Below are positions 1-9,076 of a stretch of DNA of 63,594 nucleotides, piece after piece. A program made the translations under genes and the position numbers. The notes under the pieces are model-generated. The model did not search any database, was not told where the DNA came from, and was given only the letters and a program-made list of their open reading frames with translations. Source of the stretch: an uncultured Methanosarcinales archaeon (lineage in GTDB: Archaea > Nanobdellota > Nanobdellia > Woesearchaeales > CAZPJY01); the NCBI GenBank assembly GCA_964587045.1, contig CAZPJY010000003.1, forward strand, positions 2,079-65,672. Direction: 5' to 3'. Each line of letters opens with the position of its first letter. The stretch's first letter is position 1.

Positions 1-176
1 CCTCCCTGAGGGACGTATAGCACGTTGGCAATCACACCCTCGTCCACCTGCTCTCCCTGTATGCGGCAGCGCAGCCCGTCGCAGAAAAAGGTAATGACAC
101 CCTTGTCCTTTGCTGAGCCGAAAGTCGCGCACGAAGTCAGGAAAGCCAGGCCGCCGATCAATATCCATTTCCTCAT
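1..176 (-). CDS. putative secreted lipoprotein, N-terminal part (CDS continues past window start)
   Basis: Minus-strand ATG at 176-174 preceded by GGTGG. Translation MRKWILIGGLAFLTSCATFG is a signal peptide ending in a lipobox-like LTSC. Frame is open to base 1. Too short for the ORF track. Confidence 0.4.
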   Translation of the reverse strand, partial: MRKWILIGGLAFLTSCATFGSAKDKGVITFFCDGLRCRIQGEQVDEGVIANVLYVPQG

Positions 177-254
177 GGTTCCACCCTGGGTGTGTTAGAC
201 TGTTTCTATATTTAAAACTTAACCAAGGAGACCGCCCACTGGACATGCCCCCCC

Positions 255-1052
255 ATGAGGTTTTTATTGTCCAGAAACCTTATGATATCCATGAGAAGGT
301 TGACCATTGAGCAAAAAGAAGTGATGATGGGAAAGCTCAGGGTAGGTGAATCCCTCAATAGGGTCTCCAGGGAGATGGGGCTCGGTAAGAGCACAATTTA
401 CTATCACTACAAAAAAGCCTTCGGACGGAAATATCAGCTGGCGACAATACCTGAGGATGATGTGATTCAAGGTGAGATTCTGGGGGCATTCGCCGGGGAT
501 GGTAATTATTATCACCGTAAGGATAGAGGTCATCATAGGATTTCTATCGGTTTGAGCTCCAAACATGACAGTGGATATGCTAAATATCTGACAAATCTAC
601 TCGAGAATCATTTCAACCTGAACGTGTTCGTTTATGACAATGGATCATTACTCTCTCTCGTCTTCAATTCTCGGGTTGTGGTTGATTGGATCAGGGATTA
701 TCTTTTCATCGAGAAGAATAAAACACTCACTGTGAGACTCAAGGAAGGTTATTACAGTGATGAATTCATTGCATCATTTCTTCGAGGACTTTATGACACG
801 GATGGTCATGTCTCAAAAGCGGGAGATATTCATTTTGGGATAATCTCAATCAGGTTGATTCTGCAGATGTCAGATTATTTGACATATTTCGGGATCGAGC
901 ACTCCATCTTCAAACAAAAACACAGGCCAAATGAGCACAAAATCCTCAGAATTAGGATACGAAGGCGCTCAAGGCTCCAGTTTTGGGAGATAATTGGATT
1001 CTCACATCCAAGGAAAGCTAGAAGGTTATTAAATGCGGCGGCCGAGATTTGA
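255..1052 (+). CDS. LAGLIDADG-family homing endonuclease with N-terminal helix-turn-helix domain (free-standing)
   Basis: Two LAGLIDADG motifs (ILGAFAGDGN and FLRGLYDTDGHV). N-terminal HTH-like LNRVSREMGLGKSTIYYHYKK. Gene is about 37-42% G+C on hand-counted lines versus about 58% next door. Last 19 nt overlap tRNA-Gly on the other strand. Confidence 0.85.
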   Translation: MRFLLSRNLMISMRRLTIEQKEVMMGKLRVGESLNRVSREMGLGKSTIYYHYKKAFGRKYQLATIPEDDVIQGEILGAFAGDGNYYHRKDRGHHRISIGLSSKHDSGYAKYLTNLLENHFNLNVFVYDNGSLLSLVFNSRVVVDWIRDYLFIEKNKTLTVRLKEGYYSDEFIASFLRGLYDTDGHVSKAGDIHFGIISIRLILQMSDYLTYFGIEHSIFKQKHRPNEHKILRIRIRRRSRLQFWEIIGFSHPRKARRLLNAAAEI

Positions 1053-1107
1053 ACTCGGATCGCTGCCTTGGCAAGGCAAAATCTTAACCAGATTGGACCA
1101 CCGCCGC
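1034..1107 (-). tRNA. tRNA-Gly (anticodon GCC)
   Basis: Reverse complement folds as a cloverleaf: acceptor GCGGCGG/CCGCCGC, anticodon arm TTGCC-TTGCCAA-GGCAG, T arm CCGAG-TTCAAAT-CTCGG, discriminator A. 74 nt, no encoded CCA. Confidence 0.9.
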
Positions 1108-1146
1108 ATGTTGGTGAAGGTATTGATACCCCGTTTAAATAATTTA

Positions 1147-1219
1147 TGGGCCCGGCCGGACTCGAACCGGCGACTCTCACCGTGTAAGGGTGATGTCATA
1201 GCCACTAGACCACGAGCCC
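1147..1219 (-). tRNA. tRNA-Val (anticodon UAC)
   Basis: Reverse complement: acceptor GGGCTCG/CGGGCCC, anticodon arm TCACC-CTTACAC-GGTGA, T arm GCCGG-TTCGAGT-CCGGC, discriminator A. 73 nt. Confidence 0.9.
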
Positions 1220-1267
1220 CCTATCAGCGAGGGTAAGGGTGCCGTATTTAAATATTTTCACCCAACA

Positions 1268-1279
1268 CATTTAAATAGG
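1268..1279 (+). promoter_or_regulatory. TATA-like box upstream of scpA
   Basis: CATTTAAATAGG lies about 20-25 nt upstream of the ATG at 1297. The same TATTTAAA-type box recurs upstream of many genes in the window. Confidence 0.4.
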
Positions 1280-1296
1280 ACAACTCCTATCTAGTG

Positions 1297-2064
1297 ATGA
1301 GAATGCAGGACAAGATTTTCGAGATGCTCCTCGATCAGGACGAGATAACCTGGAAGACCATGATCTTCGACCTGGTCAAGAGCGAGGAGATGGACCCCTG
1401 GGACATTGACATATCCCTGCTCGCGCAGCGCTTCCTCGAGACGCTTCGGAAGCTCAAGGAGATGGACTTCAGGGTGAGCGGCAAGATCCTGCTCGCTGCA
1501 GCCATCCTCCTGCGCCTCAAGTCCAACCGGCTGATGAACGAGGACCTCAACAGGTTCGACCAGCTCCTGGCCTCGAGGGAAGTGCCTGAGGAGGAGTTCT
1601 TCGACGAGTTCTACGCGATGGTCGCGCCTGAGGAAGGGGCTGTCAAGGACGAGCCCAGGCTGGTTCCGAGGACGCCGCAGCCCAGGAAGCGAAAGGTGAG
1701 CGTGTTCGACCTGGTCAGCGCACTGGAGAAGGCGTTGGAGGTGCACGACCGCAGGCCGCCCAAGGCCGGACCTGGGGAGCGCATGAAGATCCCGAAGAAG
1801 GGCGTCGACATAAGCGTGATCATCAAGGACGTCTACGACCGCATCTGGACGTACTTCAAGGGCAGGAGCAGCAAGGATATGCTCTCCTTCACAGAGCTCA
1901 TCCCAAGCGATACCAAGGAGGACAAGATCTACACGTTCATACCCCTCCTGCACCTTACCAACCAGCGCACGATCGACCTGCACCAGAAGAAGCACTTCGA
2001 CGAAATCTACATCCAGCTGCTGCAGACCAACAAGAAGGCGCTGAAGCTGGAAGGCTTGGGCTAA
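1297..2064 (+). CDS. scpA: segregation and condensation protein A (kleisin ScpA)
   Basis: N-terminus EEMDPWDIDISLLAQRFLETLRKLKEMDFRVSGKILLAAAILLRLKS is typical of ScpA. The ORF track starts at GTG 1294; the first ATG is at 1297. Confidence 0.8.
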   Translation: MRMQDKIFEMLLDQDEITWKTMIFDLVKSEEMDPWDIDISLLAQRFLETLRKLKEMDFRVSGKILLAAAILLRLKSNRLMNEDLNRFDQLLASREVPEEEFFDEFYAMVAPEEGAVKDEPRLVPRTPQPRKRKVSVFDLVSALEKALEVHDRRPPKAGPGERMKIPKKGVDISVIIKDVYDRIWTYFKGRSSKDMLSFTELIPSDTKEDKIYTFIPLLHLTNQRTIDLHQKKHFDEIYIQLLQTNKKALKLEGLG

Positions 2065-3302
2065 GCCAGGTGCGACCTGTACTTCTCAAGGACTGAATCC
2101 TCAAGAATCTCCAGCCCCATCTCTACGAGGTATAGCACGTCCTTCTTAGACAGGATCCGCGTGATCTCAGCGATTGAGTAATGCTCGTGTATCTTCTGCC
2201 AGCTCTTCATCAGGATCTCTGCGTCGAAGGCGTTCCTCATCAGGCACTCTCCAAACCTGGGATGTGCCTCGTTGATCTTTTGGAGGAAGCCGTTGAGCTT
2301 TTCAGGATCGTCCTTCAGCGAGAAGATGATCTTTTCGAAACATTTGAGGAAGTGGGTGGACTTCTTGCTCATGGTTGCGAACCGCACCTGTGAGAGGTCG
2401 GCTGCGGACAGCCTGCCTGACTCGAGCAGCTCTGAGAGCCTGTTGCCGACAGTCCCGAAGTCACGCAGGATCTGGTTGAGGCCTGTACCGATGAACCGCG
2501 GTGTCCACAGCCCGGACTCGCCGAAGAAGAAGACATTGTCCAGTGCGTCCTGCTTGAGCTCCCCCATGAGTATCGTGCCCTGGGTCTTGCAGACGACCCG
2601 CGCATCCTTAAGGGACGGATAGTAAGCGAGGTACTCGCTCAGGTACTTCTCAAGATCCTCGCAGGCCATCCTGCTGTTGTCGAGGTAAGGGAAGACGTGC
2701 ACCTGGACGCGGTCCTCTGAATAGGGCATTATGCCTCCAATCATGAGGCCGTCGAAGTCCGGCGTCCTCATTATTTCCCAGACGAACTTGGTCGGGTCAA
2801 AGCTGACGTTATCCACCGTGACACCAAGGATGGGGTAGCTTGAGTAGGTGGATACCAGCCGCGCTTCCCTCACAATAGGGCTGTCTGCCCCCAAGCAGTC
2901 TATCAGGAGCGGCGCCTCGTATGTTTCCCCCCCGCCTCGGACCGAGACGCGTTGGCCATCCCTGGAGAACCCTTGTACCTCGAAGTTGGACACGAATGTC
3001 GCGTTGGGGCTCCTTGCGATTAGGGCCCCGAGCAGCTTCCTTTCGTCCAGCTGGCAGTAGGTGTCTGTAAAAACCCATTTCGCGCCCAGGTAATGCCCGA
3101 ACTCCAGCTTGTCAATCCTAGAGTTCGCGATCGAGTCCCCAAGTCCCAGCGAGCCAACCAGGTCCCGAAACGAGGCCCAGGATTTGGAGGTGGTCCCGAT
3201 CTCTCCCCTGTCGATCACGCACACCCTGTGCTTAGGGCTTAGCACTGATGCTAGCGCCAGTCCCGCAGGGCCTGCGCCTGCGATGATGCAATCGAACTCC
3301 AT
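2061..3302 (-). CDS. FAD-dependent oxidoreductase, lycopene cyclase / geranylgeranyl reductase-like
   Basis: MEFDCIIAGAGPAGLALASVL is a Rossmann GxGxxG dinucleotide-binding N-terminus. I prefer the internal ATG at 3302 because the 25-codon upstream extension overlaps the divergent promoter. Confidence 0.6.
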   Translation of the reverse strand: MEFDCIIAGAGPAGLALASVLSPKHRVCVIDRGEIGTTSKSWASFRDLVGSLGLGDSIANSRIDKLEFGHYLGAKWVFTDTYCQLDERKLLGALIARSPNATFVSNFEVQGFSRDGQRVSVRGGGETYEAPLLIDCLGADSPIVREARLVSTYSSYPILGVTVDNVSFDPTKFVWEIMRTPDFDGLMIGGIMPYSEDRVQVHVFPYLDNSRMACEDLEKYLSEYLAYYPSLKDARVVCKTQGTILMGELKQDALDNVFFFGESGLWTPRFIGTGLNQILRDFGTVGNRLSELLESGRLSAADLSQVRFATMSKKSTHFLKCFEKIIFSLKDDPEKLNGFLQKINEAHPRFGECLMRNAFDAEILMKSWQKIHEHYSIAEITRILSKKDVLYLVEMGLEILEDSVLEKYRSHLA

Positions 3303-3376
3303 TGCCAAATTTAGGAATCCCTGTTTAATAAAAGTGTCGATGAGGGCAAATTTATTTATACACCGGTTCCAAAACA
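3303..3376. promoter_or_regulatory. divergent intergenic promoter region
   Basis: A 74-nt AT-rich spacer holds TTTAATAAAAG and AAATTTATTTATACA boxes between divergent starts at 3302 (-) and 3377 (+). Confidence 0.35.
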
Positions 3377-5176
3377 ATGTTCATGCCTGGGAAAAAGAGT
3401 GTGATCGTGCTATTTTTACTGCTCTTGGCCCCCGTAGCCTTCGCGTGCATCGACGCAAGCGAGTGCCCCTTGCCCGGATGCCCAGGGGCCATCAGGCTAT
3501 GCGACGAGGGGGCCTGCGCCGCCACCCCCTGCATCATATCCGTCGAGGACAACTACGACGAGTACCAGGACTACTTCAACCCAATCGACATACTGTTCGA
3601 GGATGCAAGCCACCACTCCGACATCGAGAGGTCTATCTTCTCCTGGGTGAGGCTCAGCGACCTGCTCGAGCGGATCATCTTCTACATCTTCCTGGGGATC
3701 GGCATAGTGGGTATAGTGTTCCTTGCCAGGGCCGTCAGGGGCAGGAGCCACCACGAGATAGCGATCATCCTGATCATACTCATGTTCGTGCTGGTCGGGT
3801 TTTCCCTCCTCCGCATAATAGAGAGCCTCAACCTCAGCGAGGCCTGGATGGGCACTTCGGTCAAGAGCTTCCAGTTCCCGACCCTCCAGCGCGTGTCGCA
3901 GGACCTCGAACTGCAGTACGGGGTTGAGACTGAGGACCTAAGCGAGGAGGAGCTGGCGGCTTTCTCAGCCCACGCGACCGACGGCATCGAGCTCAGGTGG
4001 ACAGGCAACTTCGAGGACTATGAGGGGAGCATCCTCATATTCGAGTTCGAGAGCACCGCTGCGCTCGCAGAGTACGAGTCCGACCTCGAGCCGCACTTCT
4101 CGAAAAGCAGGGTGGGGACCGAGACGGTCTATTCCATAACATCGTACGACGGGCCTGGGGAGGAGGTCAGCACCAAGGTGTGGTCGGAGGACAGGTACCT
4201 GTTCGTCGCGACCGGGAGGGAAGCGTTCCTCAACAGCTCATTCCACGACGTCTATGCCTTCATCCCGGGCGAGGAGCCGCCAAGGCCTCCGCCAACACCC
4301 CCTTCGCCGTTGAGGGTCGACGATCTCTCCATCACCTTCCTGGACCCGTCTGCAGACGAGGTCACTTCATCACCGACGATAACCTTCCAGGTTCAGGGCG
4401 AGCAGCCAGTGGTGAGGGACTCCATATCCATAATCAACGTGCCGGGATTCATCGACAGGTCCTTGTGCTCTGGCGACGAGTTCTTAGCAGTCTGCGAGTT
4501 CCAGGCGCTGCATTTCAACCAGGGTGTGAACCACGTCACCGCCATCGCCGAGGACATCAAGGGCAGGAAGGCCCGGGAGACCTTGAGGTTTGTCTACGAC
4601 TCCCTGCCCCCGAAAGTTGTGGGCTTCGAGCCAGGCAACAATTCCATAACGCGCGACCCGACCCTGCATCTGAAGCTCGAGGATAAGGGAGCAGGGATTG
4701 CCAACTCGTTCTCGGCCGAGGTGGACGGCAAGGCGTCGGTCGCGTCAGCGGACTGCGATGAGTTTGAGGGCGGCGCCTACTGCAGCGTGACGGTCACCGG
4801 GATAAAGCAGGGGTGGAACATGATCCGCCTTACTGTCCGGGATATGGGAGGCAACAGCGCCGTCTTCGGCCTGCGGTTGCTCTACGACCTTGTCCCGCCT
4901 GTGATAACCGACATCTCTCCTCCGATGCGCGCATCTGTTTCGAGCCCCCGCATAAGTTTCAGGGTCACCGACAGCGTGGCAGTCGACACCGGGTCCATAA
5001 GGGTCGAGGGCATCGGCGGCTTTGAGAACGGGACCGAGCAGTGCTACCAGCAGGGCGAGTCGTACCTGTGCGTGTTCGACGCCGCGGCGAAGAAGGGTTA
5101 CAACGATTTCCGCATCCACGCCGGGGACTACGCAGGCAACGCTGCAGAAGTGTATCACGTGTTCGACTATTACTGA
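3377..5176 (+). CDS. secreted/membrane-anchored surface protein with Cys-rich N-domain, Pro-rich linker and three Ig-like repeats
   Basis: Signal peptide MFMPGKKSVIVLFLLLLAPVAFAC. Internal TM segments. PPRPPPTPPSP linker. Three ~95-aa repeats, each with a Cys pair and ending in (L/V)PP. Confidence 0.6.
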   Translation: MFMPGKKSVIVLFLLLLAPVAFACIDASECPLPGCPGAIRLCDEGACAATPCIISVEDNYDEYQDYFNPIDILFEDASHHSDIERSIFSWVRLSDLLERIIFYIFLGIGIVGIVFLARAVRGRSHHEIAIILIILMFVLVGFSLLRIIESLNLSEAWMGTSVKSFQFPTLQRVSQDLELQYGVETEDLSEEELAAFSAHATDGIELRWTGNFEDYEGSILIFEFESTAALAEYESDLEPHFSKSRVGTETVYSITSYDGPGEEVSTKVWSEDRYLFVATGREAFLNSSFHDVYAFIPGEEPPRPPPTPPSPLRVDDLSITFLDPSADEVTSSPTITFQVQGEQPVVRDSISIINVPGFIDRSLCSGDEFLAVCEFQALHFNQGVNHVTAIAEDIKGRKARETLRFVYDSLPPKVVGFEPGNNSITRDPTLHLKLEDKGAGIANSFSAEVDGKASVASADCDEFEGGAYCSVTVTGIKQGWNMIRLTVRDMGGNSAVFGLRLLYDLVPPVITDISPPMRASVSSPRISFRVTDSVAVDTGSIRVEGIGGFENGTEQCYQQGESYLCVFDAAAKKGYNDFRIHAGDYAGNAAEVYHVFDYY

Positions 5177-5820
5177 ATCTTCCGCTGGATGGTCTTGCTC
5201 CACCGGCCCTTGTCGTAGAAGACCATCCTGCCTCTGGCCTCGTATCCTGCGGGTGGTTTTTTCCCAAGCGCTGTCAGCATATCAAAGAATGACCCTGGCT
5301 CCTGGACGAGAAGGTCCAATATTTCTCCTGCTGTTTCCCTGCTCGCCACAGCGAGGAACCTGAAGTAGCTCCTGGTGTCATAGTGGGCGACCAGTCTGGA
5401 GCTGCTGATCAGCTCTTTCAATCTCTGCATGTAGGCACGTCTGGGCATGTAGTTGTGGGGTTTGCTTAGTTCCATCTTGTCTTCCTCATCGTACTCCCAG
5501 GAGGCCGCAAGCCACATGAGCGGTAGGGGTTTGCTGTAGATGAGGATGGCATCATCATAGCTTTGCATCAGTTGAGCGTACCTGTCCCGTGCCGGGTCGT
5601 TGACGTATAGAATCCTGTTGCCTGTCTCAGGCCCGAAATCCGGCAGGTCGTGCCACCTGCCAGCCCATCTGCCGATCGGCTGGATGCTTGTCAGGTATCT
5701 GTAGGGAAGGAGCTTGAGCCTCTCTGCCTCGCCGAAGCTTTGCAGGGCTTCAGGGCGCTCTGTCATGTAGCCAGCTGCCTTCCAGTTTAGCTTGATGATG
5801 AGACTGTCCAAGTCTGCCAT
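5170..5820 (-). CDS. hypothetical protein
   Basis: 216-aa ORF with ordinary amino-acid composition. No motif recognised. Confidence 0.5.
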   Translation of the reverse strand: MADLDSLIIKLNWKAAGYMTERPEALQSFGEAERLKLLPYRYLTSIQPIGRWAGRWHDLPDFGPETGNRILYVNDPARDRYAQLMQSYDDAILIYSKPLPLMWLAASWEYDEEDKMELSKPHNYMPRRAYMQRLKELISSSRLVAHYDTRSYFRFLAVASRETAGEILDLLVQEPGSFFDMLTALGKKPPAGYEARGRMVFYDKGRWSKTIQRKIQ

Positions 5821-5886
5821 TGGTTCGGATTAATCAGCTCTCGTTTAAAAATCTTTCGTTTTTTTATTACTCAGAAGTGATAAAAA

Positions 5887-6525
5887 TTATTCCAAGATTC
5901 TGAACGCAGTCTTGTAGGGCCGAGCCAGCTTGCTGGACGGGTGGTCCTTCACGAACTTCTTAATCCTCCTGATGTAGTTCGGGTTGAGCTTTTCAGCCGT
6001 CTCAAGCTCGCAGAGGGTGCCGTAGAGCTCGTTCTTCTCCTTTGTAACCTTGTTTATCAGGATCAGCATCCTCTTGTCAAGCGAGCCGAGCTTCTGCTCG
6101 TGATAGACGCGGGCGAACCAGTTGATCATAAGCAGCATGTAATCCTCCTTGGTCTTCCAAGGCATCTTCTTCTTGCGCTGCTGGCTGGAAAAGCACGAAA
6201 GGGGAGGCGCGGCGAAGAACCGCTTGTGGTTGATGAAGTATATAAGGAAGTACAGGGCATGCGGGAGCTTCCCGAAACTGACGAAGCAGCTGGGCGTAAT
6301 ATCTTTGCGGTGCTCAATCCTGTACAGGAGACGGCCGTACTTCCACTTCTTCAGCACCTCCATCTGGTACTTCTGAGTAGAATATATGTAGATATAGGTG
6401 CTGTCGAAAGCGACGACATCAATCTTCTCCACGTTCTTCTCGAACTGCTTGAAGCGGTGCGCGAGACTTATACCCCTCTCAATCGCCCGAAAATCGTCGC
6501 TGGAAAGCTTATATTCGTCAGGCAT
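5887..6525 (-). CDS. hypothetical protein (Lys-rich)
   Basis: 212-aa ORF. I prefer it over the antisense plus-strand extension of aIF6 (5941-6621), which has the L/V/E-rich look of an antisense artefact. Confidence 0.5.
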   Translation of the reverse strand: MPDEYKLSSDDFRAIERGISLAHRFKQFEKNVEKIDVVAFDSTYIYIYSTQKYQMEVLKKWKYGRLLYRIEHRKDITPSCFVSFGKLPHALYFLIYFINHKRFFAAPPLSCFSSQQRKKKMPWKTKEDYMLLMINWFARVYHEQKLGSLDKRMLILINKVTKEKNELYGTLCELETAEKLNPNYIRRIKKFVKDHPSSKLARPYKTAFRILE

Positions 6526-6621
6526 TGCTACTTTGGGCTATTGTTTGCGGTATATATATTTTTCTATGCATTTAAATACCTCCGAAAGTATAATAAAACC
6601 AGGCCCTTTCCCAGAAGGGCT

Positions 6622-7293
6622 ATGCATGTCGAAAGAGCCAGTTTCAACGGCAATCCAAACCTGGGCCTGTACTGCCTGGCGACCGACACCTACTGCCTGG
6701 TCGGAAAAGAGGTTCCAAGCAGGGTGAGATCCCTGATCAAAGACGTGCTGAAGGTCCCAGTCCACCCCATAACCCTCGCAGGAACATCGCTCATAGGCGT
6801 ATTCGCCGCTGCCAACTCCAAGGGGCTGATAGTCCCAGGCATCACGTTCGAACACGAACGCAGGGCCCTTGACGCGCTCGGGCTGAACTATGCAGTCATC
6901 GAGACCAAGCTGACAGCCCTGGGCAACAACGTGCTCGCAAGCGACCATGCGGCGCTGGTCAGCAGGGGGTTCCTAGATGAGGAGCGCAAGGCCGTCTCCG
7001 ATGCCCTCGGCGTGCCGGTCAAGCAGGCAACGATAGCCGAGCTCGACATAATCGGCTCGCTTGCGGTGCACAACGGCAAGGGCTGCTTGGTGCACCGGGA
7101 GATCGGTGCTGCGGAAATGAAGTTCGTGGAGCGCAACATCCGGGTGCCATGCACCCCAGGCACAGTCAACATGGGCAACCCTTTCGTTAGCAGCGGAATC
7201 TTAGCAAACGATTATGGGTTCATCATCGGAGAGATGAGCGGCGGACCTGAGGTCCAGAACGCTGACGAGGCGTTCGGATTCATAGAGGTGTAG
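6622..7293 (+). CDS. eif6: translation initiation factor 6 (aIF6)
   Basis: MHVERASFNGNPNLGLYCLATDTYCLVG... is the pentein-repeat aIF6 signature. ATG 6622 is in frame within ORF 5941-7293 and preceded by TATA-like AAGTATAATAAAA. Conserved aIF6-pfdA-ftsY order. Confidence 0.85.
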   Translation: MHVERASFNGNPNLGLYCLATDTYCLVGKEVPSRVRSLIKDVLKVPVHPITLAGTSLIGVFAAANSKGLIVPGITFEHERRALDALGLNYAVIETKLTALGNNVLASDHAALVSRGFLDEERKAVSDALGVPVKQATIAELDIIGSLAVHNGKGCLVHREIGAAEMKFVERNIRVPCTPGTVNMGNPFVSSGILANDYGFIIGEMSGGPEVQNADEAFGFIEV

Positions 7294-7296
7294 GAA

Positions 7297-7707
7297 ATGG
7301 ACAATAAAGAAAAGCTTCAGGAAAAATACATGGAGCTGCAGATTCTCGAGCAGCAGCTCAAGCAGGTCCAGAAGCAGATACAAAACATCGACGCCCAGAT
7401 CGGGGAAGCATTGAGCATCCAGCAGCAGATGGCGGACTGGAAAGATGTAAAGGAAGGCAACGAGATCCTCGTACCGCTCTTCAACGGAATCTTCTTCAAG
7501 GCCAAGGTCGATGATCCGAAGTCATTCGTGGTGAACGTCGGTGCAGACTCGGTCGCCACCAAGAACCATGAGGAAGCTTCAGAGCTCATAGAAAAGCAGG
7601 TCATCGAGCTCAACCATTACAGGGGCGATTTTATCAGGCAGTTAAACCACCTGGCACAGCGCGCGCAGGCCGTTGAGGCCGAACTGGTCAAGATTTCGCA
7701 GGGGTAA
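7297..7707 (+). CDS. pfdA: prefoldin alpha subunit
   Basis: 136-aa coiled-coil / beta-hairpin / coiled-coil layout (EILVPLFNGIFFKAKVDD in the centre). Located between aIF6 and ftsY. Confidence 0.8.
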   Translation: MDNKEKLQEKYMELQILEQQLKQVQKQIQNIDAQIGEALSIQQQMADWKDVKEGNEILVPLFNGIFFKAKVDDPKSFVVNVGADSVATKNHEEASELIEKQVIELNHYRGDFIRQLNHLAQRAQAVEAELVKISQG

Positions 7708-7708
7708 A

Positions 7709-9004
7709 ATGTTCAAGTTTCTAAAAGACAAACTCAAGGCTGCGGTATCCAAGTTCTCGAAGGACGCCGAAGAGGAGACTGAGGAGGTGCCTGAAAAGCC
7801 CTCAATAATATCTAAGATATTCAAGAAAAAGGAAGAGGAAGCTCCGGCAGAGGAGAAGGCCAAGGAGCCGAGCAAACCTGCTGCAATGGAGGAACCCAAG
7901 AAAAAGGCGCCTGAACCAAAGGAAGAGGAAGTCTCAAAAGTTCCCAAAGAACCTTCAGCCGTGGCTCAAAAAAAGCCGAGCCCGCCATCGCGAGATGAAG
8001 AAAAAAAGGAGAAGCCACCGGCAAAAGAAGAACCAAAAGCTGTCGAAGAAAAACCGCCGGCAAAAGAAGAACCAAAAACCGTTGAAGAAAGTCCCAAAGA
8101 GGTTGTCGAGCCGCAGAAGAGGGGCTTTTTCCAGAAGGTAAGCGACGCCATCACGAAGAAGCCCCTTTCAGAGGCGAAGTTCGAGGAGCTCTTCTTCGAT
8201 TTGGAAGTGGCGCTTATGGAAAACAATGTGGCAGTCGAGGTCATCGACCGCATTAAGGCTGACCTGAAAAAGGAGCTGGTCGGAAGCCCGGTACTCAGGG
8301 GCAAGATACAAGACATAATCATGTCGACCCTTTCAGATACCATCAACGACATCCTCGACACAGAGACCTTCGACCTGGTGGATCGGATAAAGTCATCTGG
8401 TAAGAGGCCTTATGTGATAGCTTTCGTCGGCGTGAACGGCAGCGGCAAGACCACCAACCTGGCGAAGGTCGCAAAGAAGCTCCAGGACGCAGGTCTCTCA
8501 TGCGTGATGGCCGCCTGCGATACCTTCCGCGCTGCCGCAATACAGCAGATCGAGGAGCACGCGCAAAAGCTGGGCATCAAGCTGATCAAGCACGACTATG
8601 GGTCGGACGCGGCAGCGGTCGCATTCGACGCGGTAAAACACGCCCAGTCCAAGGGCAAGGATGTCGTGCTAATCGACACAGCCGGCCGGACGCACACCAA
8701 CACCAACCTAATGCAGGAGCTGGCAAAAGTGGTGAGGATAGCAAAGCCTGACCTCTCCCTCTTCGTCGGGGACAGCCTGACCGGAAACGACGTGGTGGAG
8801 CAGGCCAAGCAGTTCAACGACGCTGTCGGGTTCGACGGCATCATCCTCACCAAGCTCGACGTCGACGAGAAGGGTGGCGCGGCGATATCGATCTCCTACG
8901 TGACTGGCAAGCCCATCCTGTATTATGGCACCGGACAGACTTACGCTGACCTCAAGCCCTTCGACAAGTCATTGGTGCTAAAGAGCCTTGAGATGGGTTC
9001 ATGA
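7709..9004 (+). CDS. ftsY: signal recognition particle receptor FtsY
   Basis: C-terminal NG domain motifs FVGVNGSGKTTNLAK, DTAGR, TKLD. N-terminal K/E/P-rich acidic A-domain. ATG at 7709 lies just after the pfdA stop. Confidence 0.9.
   Translation: MFKFLKDKLKAAVSKFSKDAEEETEEVPEKPSIISKIFKKKEEEAPAEEKAKEPSKPAAMEEPKKKAPEPKEEEVSKVPKEPSAVAQKKPSPPSRDEEKKEKPPAKEEPKAVEEKPPAKEEPKTVEESPKEVVEPQKRGFFQKVSDAITKKPLSEAKFEELFFDLEVALMENNVAVEVIDRIKADLKKELVGSPVLRGKIQDIIMSTLSDTINDILDTETFDLVDRIKSSGKRPYVIAFVGVNGSGKTTNLAKVAKKLQDAGLSCVMAACDTFRAAAIQQIEEHAQKLGIKLIKHDYGSDAAAVAFDAVKHAQSKGKDVVLIDTAGRTHTNTNLMQELAKVVRIAKPDLSLFVGDSLTGNDVVEQAKQFNDAVGFDGIILTKLDVDEKGGAAISISYVTGKPILYYGTGQTYADLKPFDKSLVLKSLEMGS
8012..8089 (+). repeat. 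2 x 39-nt in-frame tandem repeat in the ftsY A-domain
   Basis: AAGCCACCGGCAAAAGAAGAACCAAAAGCTGTCGAAGAA followed by AAACCGCCGGCAAAAGAAGAACCAAAAACCGTTGAAGAA (KPPAKEEPKAVEE / KPPAKEEPKTVEE). Confidence 0.8.
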
Positions 9005-9076
9005 TAGAAACTTTTTTATAATCGATACCACAAAGAGCCCCTTGTTTGGGGGTAACACATTTAGGAGGTACTAATC

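Noticed and set aside
216-243. CTTAACCAAGGAGACCGCCC resembles the D-arm and acceptor 5' part of tRNA-Gly, so it could be an att-like partial tRNA copy bracketing the LAGLIDADG gene.
   Set aside because: Only an 8-mer plus scattered matches. It corresponds to the 5' half, whereas integrative elements duplicate the 3' half. This is insufficient evidence.
5941-6621. 227-codon upstream extension of the aIF6 reading frame (ORF 5941-7293).
   Set aside because: The extension is L/V/E/H-rich in the style of an antisense artefact and lies exactly opposite the better-looking 212-aa minus-strand ORF. aIF6 homology starts only at the ATG at 6622, which has its own TATA box.
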